A stretch of DNA of 64,000 nt from Eledone cirrhosa (GCA_964016885.1 OZ024741.1:122636001-122700000), one strand, 5' to 3'. Shown: positions 34,659 to 52,259, counted from the first letter of the stretch. A program made the numbers and translations. Notes: generated by a model from the sequence alone, not told the origin.

Positions 34659-35090
34659 GCATGCTACTGTACATCTGTATACATATATGCATGTACGTAT
34701 ACATACATACTTACATTTAAGTAAGTGCCATACTAAGAGTGAAAAATGAAATTTCGTTTTCATTCTATTACAACTTATCGTTTTCGGTGCGCCTGGCCGA
34801 CTGAACTCACTCGATATGCAAATTAGGCTGCTCAGCCGTTAATTTTCATAAGGAAAGTATATACTTTCGAACGTTCAACCATCTGGCAGAAGGGTATACG
34901 GTGCTGATGATAGCTAAGAAGCTTGAAACTAGTACATCGTTCCTGTGTCAGTGTTGAACAAAAAGGTGACGTGGTTGCCTTAACACCGTACGGCATAAAT
35001 CTAGGCTGTCCGTTTGTTTACAAACGGACAAAGCGGGCGTTATAATAAACGTCCGCTAAACTGATATGTACATATATGTATGTGTACCTG

Positions 35091-35172
<82 letters not shown>

Positions 35173-35601
35173 TGCTACTTTACGTCTGTATACATATATG
35201 TATGTACGTATACATACATACTTACATTTAAGTAAGTGCCGTACTAAGAGTGAGAAATGAAATTTCGTATTCAATCTATTACAACTTATCGTTTTCGGTG
35301 CGCCTGGCCGACTGAACTCACTCGATATGCAAATTAGGCTGCTCAGCCGTTAATTTTCATAAGAAAAGTATATACTTTCGAAAGTTCAACCTTCTGGCAG
35401 AAGGGTATACGGTGCTGATGATAGCTAAGAAGCTTGAAACTAGTACATCGTTCCTGTGTCAGTGTTGAACAAAAAGGTGACGTGGTTGCCTTAATACCGT
35501 ACGGCATAAATTCAGGCTGTCCGTTTGTTTACAAACGGACAATGCAGGCGTTATAATAAACGTCCGCTAAACTGATACGTACATATATGTATGTGTACCT
35601 G

Positions 35602-35654
<53 letters not shown>

Positions 35655-35712
35655 GTGCATGCTACTGTACGTCTGTATACATATATGTATGTACGTATAC
35701 ATACGTACTTAC

Positions 35713-35769
<57 letters not shown>

Positions 35770-35899
35770 GTAATTACTCTAAGGCCCCAACTTATCGAGT
35801 GCTTTGCTAACTCATCATTTCATATAAGTAGGCCGAATGTACTTGCAAACCGCCAGAGATTCGATTTTACTATTTTCCAATTATATATATATATGTATG

Positions 35900-36025
<126 letters not shown>

Positions 36026-36281
36026 TATATGCATGCTACTGTACGTCTGTATACATATATGTATGTACGTATACATACATACTTACATTTAAGTAAGTGC
36101 CGTACTAGTAAGCTTGAAACTAGTACATCGTTCCTGTGTCAGTGTTGAACAAAAAGGTGACGTGGTTGCCTTAACACCGTACGGCATAAATTCAGGCTGT
36201 CCGTTTGTTTACGAACGGACAATGCGGGCGTTATAATAAACGTCCGCTAAACTGATACGTACATATATGTATGTGTACCTG

Positions 36282-36333
<52 letters not shown>

Positions 36334-36760
36334 CTACTGTACGTCTGTATACATATATGTATGTACGTATACATACATACTTACATTTAAGTAAGTGCCG
36401 TACTAAGAGTGAGAAATGAAATTTCGTTTTCATTCTGTTACAACTTATCGTTTTCTGTGCGCCTGGCCGACTGAACTCACTCGATATGCAAATTAGGCTG
36501 CTCAGCCGTTAATTTTCATAAGGAATGTATATACTTTCGAACGTTCAACAATCTGGCAGAAGGGTATACGGTGCTGATGATAGCTAAGAAGCTTGAAACT
36601 AGTACATCGTTCCTGTGTCAGTGTTGAACAAAAAGGTGACGTGGTTGCCTTAACACCGTACGGCATAAATCTAGGCTGTCCGTTTGTTTACAAACGGACA
36701 AAGCGGGCGTTATAATAAACGTCCGCTAAACTGATACGTACATATATGTATGTGTACCTG

Positions 36761-36833
<73 letters not shown>

Positions 36834-37268
36834 GCATGCTACTGTACATCTGTATACATATATGCATGTACGTATACATACATACTTACATTTAAGTAAG
36901 TGCCATACTAAGAGTGAAAAATGAAATTTCGTTTTCATTCTATTACAACTTATCGTTTTCGGTGCGCCTGGCCGACTGAACTCACTCGATATGCAAATTA
37001 GGCTGCTCAGCCGTTAATTTTCATAAGAAAAGTATATACTTTCGAACGTTCAACCATCTGCAGAAGGGTATACGGTGCTGATGATAGCTAAGAAGTTTGA
37101 AACTAGTACATTGTTCCTGTGTCAGTGTTGAACAAAAAGGTGACGTGGTTGCCTTAATACCGTACGGCATAAATTCAGGCTGTCCGTTTGTTTACAAACG
37201 GACAAATCAGGCGTTATAATAAACGTCCACTAAATTGATATGTACATATATGTATGTGTACCTGTATG

Positions 37269-37330
<62 letters not shown>

Positions 37331-37760
37331 TGCTACTGTACGTCTGTATACATATATGTATGTACGTATACATACATACTTACATTTAAGTAAGTGCCGT
37401 ACTAACAGTGAGAAATGAAATTTCGTTATCATTCTATTACAACTTATCGTTTTCTGTGCGCCTGGCCGACTGAACTCACTCGATATGCAAATTAGGCTGC
37501 TCAGCCGTTAATTTTCATAAGGAAAGTATATACTTTCGAACGTTCAACCATCTGGCAGAAGTGTATACGGTGCTGACGATAGCTAAGAAGCTTGAAACTA
37601 GTACATCGTTCCTGTGTCAGTGTTGAACAAAAAGGTGACGTGGTTGCCTTAACACCGTACGGCATAAATTCAGGCTGTCCGTTTTTTTTACAAACGGACA
37701 AAGCAGGCGTTATAATAAACGTCCACTAAACTGATATGTACATATATGTATGTGTACCTG

Positions 37761-37840
<80 letters not shown>

Positions 37841-38269
37841 TGCTACTGTACGTCTGTATACATATATGTATGTTCGTATACATACATACTTACATTTAAG
37901 TAAGTGCCGTACTAAGAGTGAGAAATGAAATTTCGTTTTCATTCTATTACAACTTATCGTTTTCGGTGCGCCTGGCCGACTGAACTCACTCGATATGCAA
38001 ATTAGGCTGCTCAGCCGTTAATTTTCATAAGGAAAGTATATACTTTCGAACGTTCAACCATCTGGCAGAAGGGTATACGGTGCTGATGATAGCTAAGAAG
38101 CTTGAAACTAGTTCATCGTTCCTGTGTCAGTGTTGAACAAAAAGGTGACGTGGTTGCCTTAACACCGTACGGCATAAATTCAGGCTGTCCGTTTGTTTAC
38201 AAACGGACAATGCGGGCGTTATGATAAACGTCCGCCAAACTGATACGTACATATATGTATGTGTACCTG

Positions 38270-38361
<92 letters not shown>

Positions 38362-38782
38362 TGCTACAGTACGTCTGTATACATATATGTATGTACGTAT
38401 ACTTACATTTAAGTAAGTGCCGTACTAAGAGTGAGAAATGAAATTTCGTTTTCATTCTATTACAACTTATCGTTTTCTGTGCGCCTGGCCGACTGAACTC
38501 ACTCGATATGCAAATTAGGCTGCTCAGGCGTTAATTTTCATAAGGAAAGTATATACTTTCGAACGTTCAACCATCTGGCAGAAGGGTATACGGTGCTGAT
38601 GATAGCTAAGAAGCTTGAAACTAGTACATCGTTCCTGTGTCAGTGTTGAACAAAAAGGTGACGTGGTTGCCTTAACACCGTACGGCATAAATCTAGGCTG
38701 TCAGTTTGTTTACAAACGGACAAAGCGGGCGTTATAATAAACGTCCGCTAAACTGATATGTACATATATGTATGTGTACCTG

Positions 38783-38835
<53 letters not shown>

Positions 38836-39267
38836 GCATGCTACTGTACGTCTGTATACATATATGTATGTACGTATACATACATACTTACATTTAAGTA
38901 AGTGCCGTACTAAGAGTGAGAAATGAAATTTCGTTTTCATTCTATTACAACTTATCGTTTTCGGTACGCCTGGTCGACTGAACTCACTCCTTATGCAAAT
39001 TAGGCTGCTCAGTCGTTAATTTTCATAAGGAAAGTATATACTTTCTAACGTTCAACCATTTGGCAGAAGGGTATATGGTGCTGATGATAGCTAAGAAGCT
39101 TGAAACTAGTACATCGTTCCTGTGTCAGTGTTGAACAAAAAGGTGACGTGGTTGCCTTAACACCGTACGGCATAAATCTAGGCTGTCCGTTTGTTTACAA
39201 ACGGACAAAGCGGGCGTTATAATAAACGTCCGCTAAACTGATATGTACATATATGTATGTGTACCTG

Positions 39268-39333
<66 letters not shown>

Positions 39334-39762
39334 TGCTACTGTACGTCTGTATACATATATGTATGTACATATAGATACATATTTACATTTAAGTAAGTGC
39401 CGTACTAAGGGTGAGAAATGAAATTTCGTTTTCATTCTATTACAACTTATCGTTTTCTGTGCGCCTCGCCGACTGAACTCACTCGATATGCAAATTAGGC
39501 TGCTCAGCCGTTAATTTTCATAAGGAATGTATATACTTTCGAACGTTCAACAATCTGGCAGAAGGGTATACGGTGCTGATGATAGCTAAGAAGCTTGAAA
39601 CTAGTACATCGTTCCTGTGTCAGTGTTGAACAAAAAGGTGACGTGGTTGCCTTAACACCGTACGGCATAAATCTAGGCTGTCCGTTTGTTTACAAACGGA
39701 CAAAGCGGGCGTTATAATAAACGTCCGCTAAACTGATACGTACATATATGTATGTGTACCTG

Positions 39763-39816
<54 letters not shown>

Positions 39817-40237
39817 TGCTACAGTACGTCTGTATACATATATGTATGTACGTATACTTACATTTAAGTAAGTGCCGTATTAAGAGTGAGAAATGAAATT
39901 TCGTTTTCATTCTATTACAACTTATCGTTTTCTGTGCGCCTGGCCGACTGAACTCACTCGATATGCAAATTAGGCTGCTCAGCCGTTAATTTTCATAAGG
40001 AAAGTATATACTTTCGAACGTTCAACCATCTGGCAGAAGGGTATACGGTGCTGATGATAGCTAAGAAGCTTGAAACTAGTACATCGTTCCTGTGTCAGTG
40101 TTGAACAAAAAGGTGACGTGGTTGCCTTAACACCGTTCGGCATAAATCTAGGCTGTCAGTTTGTTTACAAACGGACAAAGCGGGCGTTATAATAAACGTC
40201 CGCTAAACTGATATGTACATATATGTATGTGTATCTG

Positions 40238-40294
<57 letters not shown>

Positions 40295-40726
40295 GCATGC
40301 TACTGTACGTCTGTATACATATATGTATGTACGTATACATACATACTTACATTTAAGTAAGTGCCGTACTAAGAGTGAGAAATGAAATTTCGTTTTCATT
40401 CTATTACAACTTATCGTTTTCGGTACGCCTGGTCGACTGAACTCACTCCTTATGCAAATTAGGCTGCTCAGTCGTTAATTTTCATAAGGAAAGTATATAC
40501 TTTCGAACGTTCAACCATTTGGCAGAAGGGTATATGGTGCTGATGATAGCTAAGAAGCTTGAAACTAGTACATCGTTCCTGTGTCAGTGTTGAACAAAAA
40601 GGTGACGTGGTTTCCTTAACACCGTACGGCATAAATCTAGGCTGTCCGTTTGTTTACAAACGGACAAAGCGGGCGTTATAATAAACGTCCGCTAAACTGA
40701 TATGTACATATATGTATGTGTACCTG

Positions 40727-40846
<120 letters not shown>

Positions 40847-41277
40847 CATGCTACTGTACGTCTGTATACATATATGTATGTACATATACATACATATTTA
40901 CATTTAAGTAAGTGCCGTACTAAGGGTGAGAAATGAAATTTCGTTTTCATTCTATTACAACTTATCGTCTTCTGTGCGCCTGGCCGACTGAACTCACTCG
41001 ATATGCAAATTAGGCTGCTCAGCCGTTAATTTTCATAAGGAAAGTATATACTTTCGAACGTTCAACCATCTGGCAGAAGGGTATACGGTGCTGATGATAG
41101 CTAAGAAGCTTGAAACTAGTACATCGTTCCTGTGTCAGTGTTGAACAAAAAGGTGACGTGGTTGCCTTAACACCGTACGGCATAAATCTAGGCTGTCCGT
41201 TTGTTTACAAACGGACAAAGCGGGCGTTATAATAAAGGTCCGCTAAACTGATATGTACATATATGTATGTGTACCTG

Positions 41278-41347
<70 letters not shown>

Positions 41348-41776
41348 TGCTACTTTACGTCTGTATACATATATGTATGTACGTATACATACATACTTAC
41401 ATTTAAGTAAGTGCCGTACTAAGAGTGAGAAATGAAATTTCGTATTCAATCTATTACAACTTATCGTTTTCGGTGCGCCTGGCCGACTGAACTCACTCGA
41501 TATGCAAATTAGGCTGCTCAGCCGTTAATTTTCATAAGAAAAGTATATACTTTCGAAAGTTCAACCTTCTGGCAGAAGGGTATACGGTGCTGATGATAGC
41601 TAAGAAGCTTGAAACTAGTACATCGTTCCTGTGTCAGTGTTGAACAAAAAGGTGACGTGGTTGCCTTAATACCGTACGGCATAAATTCAGGCTGTCCGTT
41701 TGTTTACAAACGGACAATGCAGGCGTTATAATAAACGTCCGCTAAACTGATACGTACATATATGTATGTGTACCTG

Positions 41777-41829
<53 letters not shown>

Positions 41830-41887
41830 GTGCATGCTACTGTACGTCTGTATACATATATGTATGTACGTATACATACGTACTTAC

Positions 41888-41980
<93 letters not shown>

Positions 41981-42110
41981 GTAATTACTCTAAGGCCCCA
42001 ACTTATCGAGTGCTTTGCTAACTCATCATTTCATATAAGTAGGCCGAATGTACTTGCAAACCGCCAGAGATTCGATTTTACTATTTTCCAATTATATATA
42101 TATATGTATG

Positions 42111-42234
<124 letters not shown>

Positions 42235-42490
42235 TATATGCATGCTACTGTACGTCTGTATACATATATGTATGCACGTATACATACATACTTACATTTA
42301 AGTAAGTGCCGTACTAGTAAGCTTGAAACTAGTACATCGTTCCTGTGTCAGTGTTGAACAAAAAGGTGACGTGGTTGCATTAACACCGTACGGCATAAAT
42401 TCAGGCTGTCCGTTGGTTTACAAACGGACTATGCGGGCGTTATAATAAACGTCCGCTAAACTGATACGTACATATATGTATGTGTACCTG

Positions 42491-42584
<94 letters not shown>

Positions 42585-43005
42585 TGCTACAGTACGTCTG
42601 TATACATATATGTATGTACGTATACTTACATTTAAGTAAGTGCCGTACTAAGAGTGAGAAATGAAATTTCGTTTTCATTCTATTACAACTTATCGTTTTC
42701 TGTGCGCCTGGCCGACTGAACTCACTCGATATGCAAATTAGGCTGCTCAGCCGTTAATTTTCATAAGGAAAGTATATACTTTCGAACGTTCAACCATCTG
42801 GCAGAAGGGTATACGGTGCTGATGATAGCTAAGAAGCTTGAAACTAGTACATCGTTCCTGTGTCAGTGTTGAACAAAAAGGTGACGTGGTTGCCTTAACA
42901 CCGTTCGGCATAAATCTAGGCTGTCAGTTTGTTTACAAACGGACAAAGCAGGCGTTATAATAAACGTCCGCTAAACTGATATGTACATATATGTATGTGT
43001 ATCTG

Positions 43006-43058
<53 letters not shown>

Positions 43059-43490
43059 GCATGCTACTGTACGTCTGTATACATATATGTATGTACGTAT
43101 ACATACATACTTACATTTAAGTAAGTGCCGTACTAAGAGTGAGAAATGAAATTTCGTTTTCATTCTATTACAACTTATCGTTTTCGGTACGCCTGGTCGA
43201 CTGAACTCACTCCTTATGCAAATTAGGCTGCTCAGTCGTTAATTTTCATAAGGAAAGTATATACTTTCTAACGTTCAACCATTTGGCAGAAGGGTATATG
43301 GTGCTGATGATAGCTAAGAAGCTTGAAACTAGTACATCGTTCCTGTGTCAGTGTTGAACAAAAAGGTGACGTGGTTGCCTTAACACCGTACGGCATATAT
43401 CTAGGCTGTCCGTTTGTTTACAAACGGACAAAGCGGGCGTTATAATAAACGTCCGCTAAACTGATATGTACATATATGTATGTGTACCTG

Positions 43491-43602
<112 letters not shown>

Positions 43603-44033
43603 CATGCTACTGTACGTCTGTATACATATATGTATGTACATATACATACATATTTACATTTAAGTAAGTGCCGTACTAAGGGTGAGAAATGAAATTTCGT
43701 TTTCATTCTATTACAACTTATCGTCTTCTGTGCGCCTGGCCGACTGAACTCACTCGATATGCAAATTAGGCTGCTCAGCCCTTAATTTTCATAAGGAAAG
43801 TATATACTTTCGAACGTTCAACCATCTGGCAGAAGGGTATACGGTGCTGATGATAGCTAAGAAGCTTGAAACTAGTACATCGTTCCTGTGTCAGTGTTGA
43901 ACAAAAAGGTGACGTGGTTGCCTTAACACCGTACGGCATAAATCTAGGCTGTCCGTTTGTTTACAAACGGACAAAGCGGGCGTTATAATAAACGTCCGCT
44001 AAACTGATATGTACATATATGTATGTGTACCTG

Positions 44034-44119
<86 letters not shown>

Positions 44120-44548
44120 TGCTACTTTACGTCTGTATACATATATGTATGTACGTATACATACATACTTACTTTTAAGTAAGTGCCGTACTAAGAGTGA
44201 GAAATGAAATTTCGTATTCAATCTATTACAACTTATCGTTTTCGGTGCGCCTGGCCGACTGAACTCACTCGATATGCAAATTAGGCTGCTCAGCCGTTAA
44301 TTTTCATGAGAAAAGTATATACTTTCGAAAGTTCAACCTTCTGGCAGAAGGGTATACGGTGCTGATGATAGCTAAGAAGCTTGAAACTAGTACATCGTTC
44401 CTGTGTCAGTGTTGAACAAAAAGGTGACGTGTTTGCCTTAATACCGTACGGCATAAATTCAGGCTGTCCGTTTGTTTACAAACGGACAATGCAGGCGTTA
44501 TAATAAACGTCCGCTAAACTGATACGTACATATATGTATGTGTACCTG

Positions 44549-44625
<77 letters not shown>

Positions 44626-45057
44626 GCATGCTACTGTACGTCTGTATACATATATGTATGTACGTATACATACATACTTACATTTAAGTAAGTGCCATAC
44701 TAAGAGTGAGAAATGTAATTTAGTTTTCATTCTATTACAACTTATCGTTTTCGGTGCGCCTGGCCGACTGAACTCACTCGATATGCAAGTTAGGCTGCTC
44801 AGCCGTTAATTTTCATAAGAAAAGTATATACTTTCGAACGTTCAACCATCTGGCAGAAGGGTATACGGTGCTGATGATAGCTAAGAAGCTTGAAACTAGT
44901 ACATCGTTCCGGTGTCAGTGTTGAACAAAAAGGTGACGTGGTTGCCTTAACACCGTACGGCATAAATCCAGGCTGTCCGTTTGTTTACAAACGGACAAAG
45001 CGGGCGTTATAATAAATGTCCGTTAAACTGATACGTACATATATGTATGTGTACCTG

Positions 45058-45110
<53 letters not shown>

Positions 45111-45168
45111 GTGCATGCTACTGTACGTCTGTATACATATATGTATGTACGTATACATACGTACTTAC

Positions 45169-45237
<69 letters not shown>

Positions 45238-45367
45238 GTAATTATTCTAAGGCCCCAACTTATCGAGTGCTTTGCTAACTCATCATTTCATATAAGTAGG
45301 CCGAATGTGCTTGCAAACCGCCAGAGATTCGATTTTACTATTTTCCAATTATATATATATATGTATG

Positions 45368-45473
<106 letters not shown>

Positions 45474-45743
45474 TATATATATATTTATATATGCATGCTA
45501 CTGTACGTCTGTATACATATATGTATGTACGTATACATACATACTTACATTTAAGTAAGTGCCGTACTAGTAAGCTTGAAACTAGTACATCGTTCCTGTG
45601 TCAGTGTTGAACAAAAAGGTGACGTGGTTGCCTTAACACCGTACGGCATAAATTCAGGCTGTCCGTTTGTTTACGAACGGACAATGCGGGCGTTATAATA
45701 AACGTCCGCTAAACTGATACGTACATATATGTATGTGTACCTG

Positions 45744-45831
<88 letters not shown>

Positions 45832-46259
45832 CTACTGTACGTCTGTATACATATATGTATGTACGTATACATACATACTTACATTTAAGTAAGTGCCGTA
45901 CTAACAGTGAGAAATGAAATTTCGTTATCATTCTATTACAACTTATCGTTTTCTGTGCGCCTGGCCGACTGAACTCACTCGATATGCAAATTAGGCTGCT
46001 CAGCCGTTAATTTTCATAAGGAATGTATATACTTTCGAACGTTCAACAATCTGGCAGAAGGGTATACGGTGCTGATGATAGCTAAGAAGCTTGAAACTAG
46101 TACATCGTTCCTGTGTCAGTGTTGAACAAAAAGGTGACGTGGTTGCCTTAACACCGTACGGCATAAATTCAGGCTGTCCGTTTTTTTTACAAACGGACAA
46201 AGCAGGCGTTATAATAAACGTCCACTAAACTGATATGTACATATATGTATGTGTACCTG

Positions 46260-46445
<186 letters not shown>

Positions 46446-46866
46446 TGCTACAGTACGTCTGTATACATATATGTATGTACGTATACTTACATTTAAGTAA
46501 GTGCCGTACTAAGAGTGAGAAATGAAATTTCGTTTTCATTCTATTACAACTTATCGTTTTCTGTGCGCCTGGCCGACTGAACTCACTCGATATGCAAATT
46601 AGGCTGCTCAGCCGTTAATTTTCATAAGGAAAGTATATACTTTCGAACGTTCAACCATCTGGCAGAAGGGTATACGGTGCTGATGATAGCTAAGAAGCTT
46701 GAAACTAGTACATCGTTCCTGTGTCAGTGTTGAACAAAAAGGTGACGTGGTTGCCTTAACACCGTACGGCATAAATCTAGGCTGTCAGTTTGTTTACAAA
46801 CGGACAAAGCGGGCGTTATAATAAACGTCCGCTAAACTGATATGTACATATATGTATGTGTACCTG

Positions 46867-46919
<53 letters not shown>

Positions 46920-47351
46920 GCATGCTACTGTACGTCTGTATACATATATGTATGTACGTATACATACATACTTACATTTAAGTAAGTGCCGTACTAAGAG
47001 TGAGAAATGAAATTTCGTTTTCATTCTATTACAACTTATCGTTTTCGGTACGCCTGGTCGACTGAACTCACTCCTTATGCAAATTAGGCTGCTCAGTCGT
47101 TAATTTTCATAAGGAAAGTATATACTTTCGAACGTTCAACCATTTGGCAGAAGGGTATATGGTGCTGATGATAGCTAAGAAGCTTGAAACTAGTACATCG
47201 TTCCTGTGTCAGTGTTGAACAAAAAGGTGACGTGGTTGCCTTAACACCGTACGGCATAAATCTAGGCTGTCCGTTTGTTTACAAACGGACAAAGCGGGCG
47301 TTATAATAAACGTCCGCTAAACTGATATGTACATATATGTATGTGTACCTG

Positions 47352-47439
<88 letters not shown>

Positions 47440-47868
47440 TGCTACTGTACGTCTGTATACATATATGTATGTACATATACATACATATTTACATTTAAGT
47501 AAGTGCCGTACTAAGGGTGAGAAATGAAATTTCGTTTTCATTCTATTACAACTTATCGTTTTCTGTGCGCCTCGCCGACTGAACTCACTCGATATGCAAA
47601 TTAGGCTGCTCAGCCGTTAATTTTCATAAGGAATGTATATACTTTCGAACGTTCAACAATCTGGCAGAAGGGTATACGGTGCTGATGATAGCTAAGAAGC
47701 TTGAAACTAGTACATCGTTCCTGTGTCAGTGTTGAACAAAAAGGTGACGTGGTTGCCTTAACACCGTACGGCATAAATCTAGGCTGTCCGTTTGTTTACA
47801 AACGGACAAAGCGGGCGTTATAATAAACGTCCGCTAAACTGATATGTACATATATGTATGTGTACCTG

Positions 47869-47970
<102 letters not shown>

Positions 47971-48401
47971 TGCTACTTTACGTCTGTATACATATATGTA
48001 TGTACGTATACATACATACTTACATTTAAGTAAGTGCCGTACTAAGAGTGAGAAATGAAATTTCGTATTCAATCTATTACAACTTATCGTTTTCGGTGCG
48101 CCTGGCCGACTGAACTCACTCGATATGCAAATTAGGCTGCTCAGCCGTTAATTTTCATAAGAAAAGTATATACTTTCGAACGTTCAACCATCTGCAGAAG
48201 GGTATACGGTGCTGATGATAGCTAAGAAGTTTGAAACTAGTACATCGTTCCTGTGTCAGTGTTGAACAAAAAGGTGACGTGGTTGCCTTAATACCGTACG
48301 GCATAAATCAGGCTGTCCGTTTGTTTACAAACGGACAAATCAGGCGTTATAATAAACGTCCACTAAATTGATATGTACATATATGTATGTGTACCTGTAT
48401 G

Positions 48402-48455
<54 letters not shown>

Positions 48456-48888
48456 TGCTACTGTACGTCTGTATACATATATGTATGTACGTATACATAC
48501 ATACTTACATTTAAGTAAGTGCCGTACTAACAGTGAGAAATGAAATTTCGTTATCATTCTATTACAACTTATCGTTTTCTGTGCGCCTGGCCGACTGAAC
48601 TCACTCGATATGCAAATTAGGCTGCTCAGCCGTTAATTTTCATAAGGAAAGTATATACTTTCGAACGTTCAACCATCTGGCAGAAGTGTATACGGTGCTG
48701 ATGATAGCTAAGAAGCTTGAAACTAGTACATCGTTCCTGTGTCAGTGTTGAACAAAAAGGTGACGTGGTTGCCTTAACACCGTACGGCATAAATTCAGGC
48801 TGTCCGGTTGTTTACAAACGGACAAAGCAGGCGTTATAATAAACGTCCACTAAACTGATATGTACATATATGTATGTGTACCTGTATG

Positions 48889-48953
<65 letters not shown>

Positions 48954-49384
48954 TGCTACTGTACGTCTGTATACATATATGTATGTTCGTATACATACAT
49001 ACTTACATTTAAGTAAGTGCCGTACTAAGAGTGAGAAATCAAATTTCGTTTTCATTCTATTACAACTTATCGTTTTCGGTGCGCCTGGCCGACTGAACTC
49101 ACTCGATATGCAAATTAGGCTGCTCAGCCGTTAATTTTCATAAGAAAAGTATATACTTTCGAACGTTCAACCATCTGCAGAAGGGTATACGGTGCTGATG
49201 ATAGCTAAGAAGTTTGAAACTAGTACATCGTTCCTGTGTCAGTGTTGAACAAAAAGGTGACGTGGTTGCCTTAATACCGTACGGCATAAATTCAGGCTGT
49301 CCGTTTGTTTACAAACGGACAAATCAGGCGTTATAATAAACGTCCACTAATTGATATGTACATATATGTATGTGTACCTGTATG

Positions 49385-49442
<58 letters not shown>

Positions 49443-49871
49443 TGCTACTGTACGTCTGTATACATATATGTATGTACGTATACATACATACTTACATTTA
49501 AGTAAGTGCCGTACTAACAGTGAGAAATGAAATTTCGTTATCATTCTATTACAACTTATCGTTTTCTGTGCGCCTGGCCGACTGAACTCACTCGATATGC
49601 AAATTAGGCTGCTCAGCCGTTAATTTTCATAAGGAAAGTATATACTTTCGAACGTTCAACCATCTGGCAGAAGTGTATACGGTGCTGATGATAGCTAAGA
49701 AGCTTGAAACTAGTACATCGTTCCTGTGTCAGTGTTGAACAAAAAGGTGACGTGGTTGCCTTAACACCGTACGGCATAAAATCAGGCTGTCCGTTTGTTT
49801 ACAAACGGACAAAGCAGGCGTTATAATAAACGTCCACTAAACTGATATGTACATATATGTATGTGTACCTG

Positions 49872-49923
<52 letters not shown>

Positions 49924-50159
49924 TGCTACTGTACGTCTGTATACATATATGTATGTTCGTATACATACATACTTACATTTAAGTAAGTGCCGTACTAAGA
50001 GTGAGAAATCAAATTTCGTTTTCATTCTATTACAACTTATCGTTTTCGGTGCGCCTGGCCGACTGAACTCACTCGATATGCAAATTAGGCTGCTCAGCCG
50101 TTAATTTTCATAAGGAAAGTATATACTTTCGAACGTTCAACCATCTGGCAGAAGGGTAT

Positions 50160-50202
50160 ACGGTGCTGATGATAGCTAAGAAGCTTGAAACTAGTACATC
50201 GT
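50160..50202 (+). ncRNA. Last array hammerhead motif
   Basis: Same 43-nt motif as 90-132. Confidence 0.78.
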
Positions 50203-50349
50203 TCCTGTGTCAGTGTTGAACAAAAAGGTGACGTGGTTGCCTTAACCCCGTACGGCATAAATCCAGGCTGTCCGTTTGTTTACAAACGGACAAAGCGGGC
50301 GTTATAATAAATGTCCGTTAAACTGATACGTACATATATGTATGTGTAC

Positions 50350-50396
<47 letters not shown>

Positions 50397-50455
50397 TGCT
50401 ACTGTACGTTTGTATACATATATGTATGTACGTATACATATATACTTAAATTTAT

Positions 50456-50673
<218 letters not shown>

Positions 50674-50730
50674 ATATATATATATGTATGTATATATATG
50701 TATATGTATATATATAAATATATATATATG

Positions 50731-50790
<60 letters not shown>

Positions 50791-50956
50791 TAGATAGTTA
50801 AATATACACGGGTGTGTATGATTGTGTATAGAAGATTATATTAATAAGAGGAATTCCAACTTTGTCTGATATACTCGTTTTATTTACAATCCTTTAAAAT
50901 TTATAATGGTATTATAATGAAATAGTATGATAGAATATTAAATGTTAAGTGTTAAT

Positions 50957-50995
50957 TGAACAAGTACTTTCATGCTTTCGCAATCTTCAGGTTCA
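50957..50995 (-). ncRNA. Minimal type I hammerhead of the Neptune-like PLE
   Basis: The minus strand reads TGAAC-CTGAAGA-T-TGC-GAAA-GCA-T-GAAA-GTAC-TT^GTTCA: 5-bp stem I, GNRA-capped stem II with a U.U closure and palindromic GTAC. Confidence 0.85.
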
Positions 50996-51377
50996 TAATG
51001 TGTGGGGACAGTCAAGTTTGCAATTTTCAACTGTAATGAGATGGGTAAATTTTGTACCTTATATACAGTGAAAAGTGGCTCCCGAATGCTAAATCTTGCA
51101 AACTGTATTTCGACCAATCGTTGTGTAGTTCCACTGAATTACTAAAGCTGATTGGTTTAGGCGTCATGGTTGGTTGAGCATGTCTACCGACCACTAATTG
51201 ATCCTATCCAAAGCATCAATTGTTTTGCTATTTTTAGAAATGATGAAAATAGCATTTTCTAGTAATCATCACCATCAACATCACTTTTATTATTATTATT
51301 GTTGTTTTTGTTGTTAGTGGTCGTAGTCGACATGGTGGTAATCATAGTTATAGTAGAAGTAATACCCCTAAGCATTA

Positions 51378-52176
51378 TTATTGTTCATTTAGCTTGGGTT
51401 TGAATTTATCAATAAAATACTTTTCTTGATTTCACTTGTCTGTGTAATTTGTAGAATGGGAATATTACAAATATTCCCTGACCACATGTTGCTAGATCGT
51501 TACTTAGGGGTATCTGACGGACATTTGCGTCTCTGATTTGCTGACGGTGTACCCGTGCACGTTCCGATCGTGCATTTCCAGTTTGACCGCCATATAGTTC
51601 TTCACAATTCGGGCATTTAATGCAGTAAATTAGATTTCTGCTTTTGTAGTTCATACTTGCATTTGGGAATATTTTTCCAGTTTTTGTTTTCATATATTGA
51701 CCGGCGTGTATGGATTGACATGTACCGCATCGACTATCATTGCATTTAGATACAGTGAATGATTGGTCTTTGTTGTTAAGGTCAAACTTTGCTTTTGTTA
51801 GTAATTGCTTCAACATTTTCGGCTGTCTTTTACTAAGAGTCAAAGATCGATCTGTGATTAAGCCTTTTAATTCATTACTTTGAGCAATGATCGGTAGGTT
51901 TGCTTTGGCAGTGTTGAAGATATTCTGGTGACATGGGTTGTGTGTCATTATAAATGGTAAGACCAGTTCTTGGTTTCTTCTTCCTTGGGTTGTCCTAAGT
52001 TGTTGTATAGGTATTTTTATAGCCCGCTGTATGCCATTTTCTATAAGTAGAGATGGGTATATTTGTTTGAGCAAACATTCTCTTATTTCTGTTAGGCGTT
52101 TGTACCTGGTATTCGTATCTTCTACAATGGTACAAATTCTTCTGGCTAGGCAGTATAGGATGTTGCGTTTTGTACA
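51378..52176 (-). pseudogene. PLE post-RT linker plus Zn-finger/GIY-YIG endonuclease fragment
   Basis: TKRNILYCLARRICTIV...RQPKMLKQLL...CNDSRCGTC...SRNLIYCIKCPNCEELYGGQTG...ERARVHRQQI. A frameshift precedes the C-terminal YFIDKFKPKLNEQ*. No RT core present. Confidence 0.88.
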
Positions 52177-52189
52177 TATATATATATAC

Positions 52190-52259
<70 letters not shown>

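Larger units (their letters stand above)
50798..52176 (-). mobile_element. 5'-truncated Penelope-like element (Neptune-like): endonuclease region plus 3'UTR/pLTR
   Basis: GIY-YIG ORF remnant followed on the same strand by CCAAT/TATA-like motifs and an HHR; bounded by (TA)n on both sides. Clade call is from motif recognition only. Confidence 0.82.
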
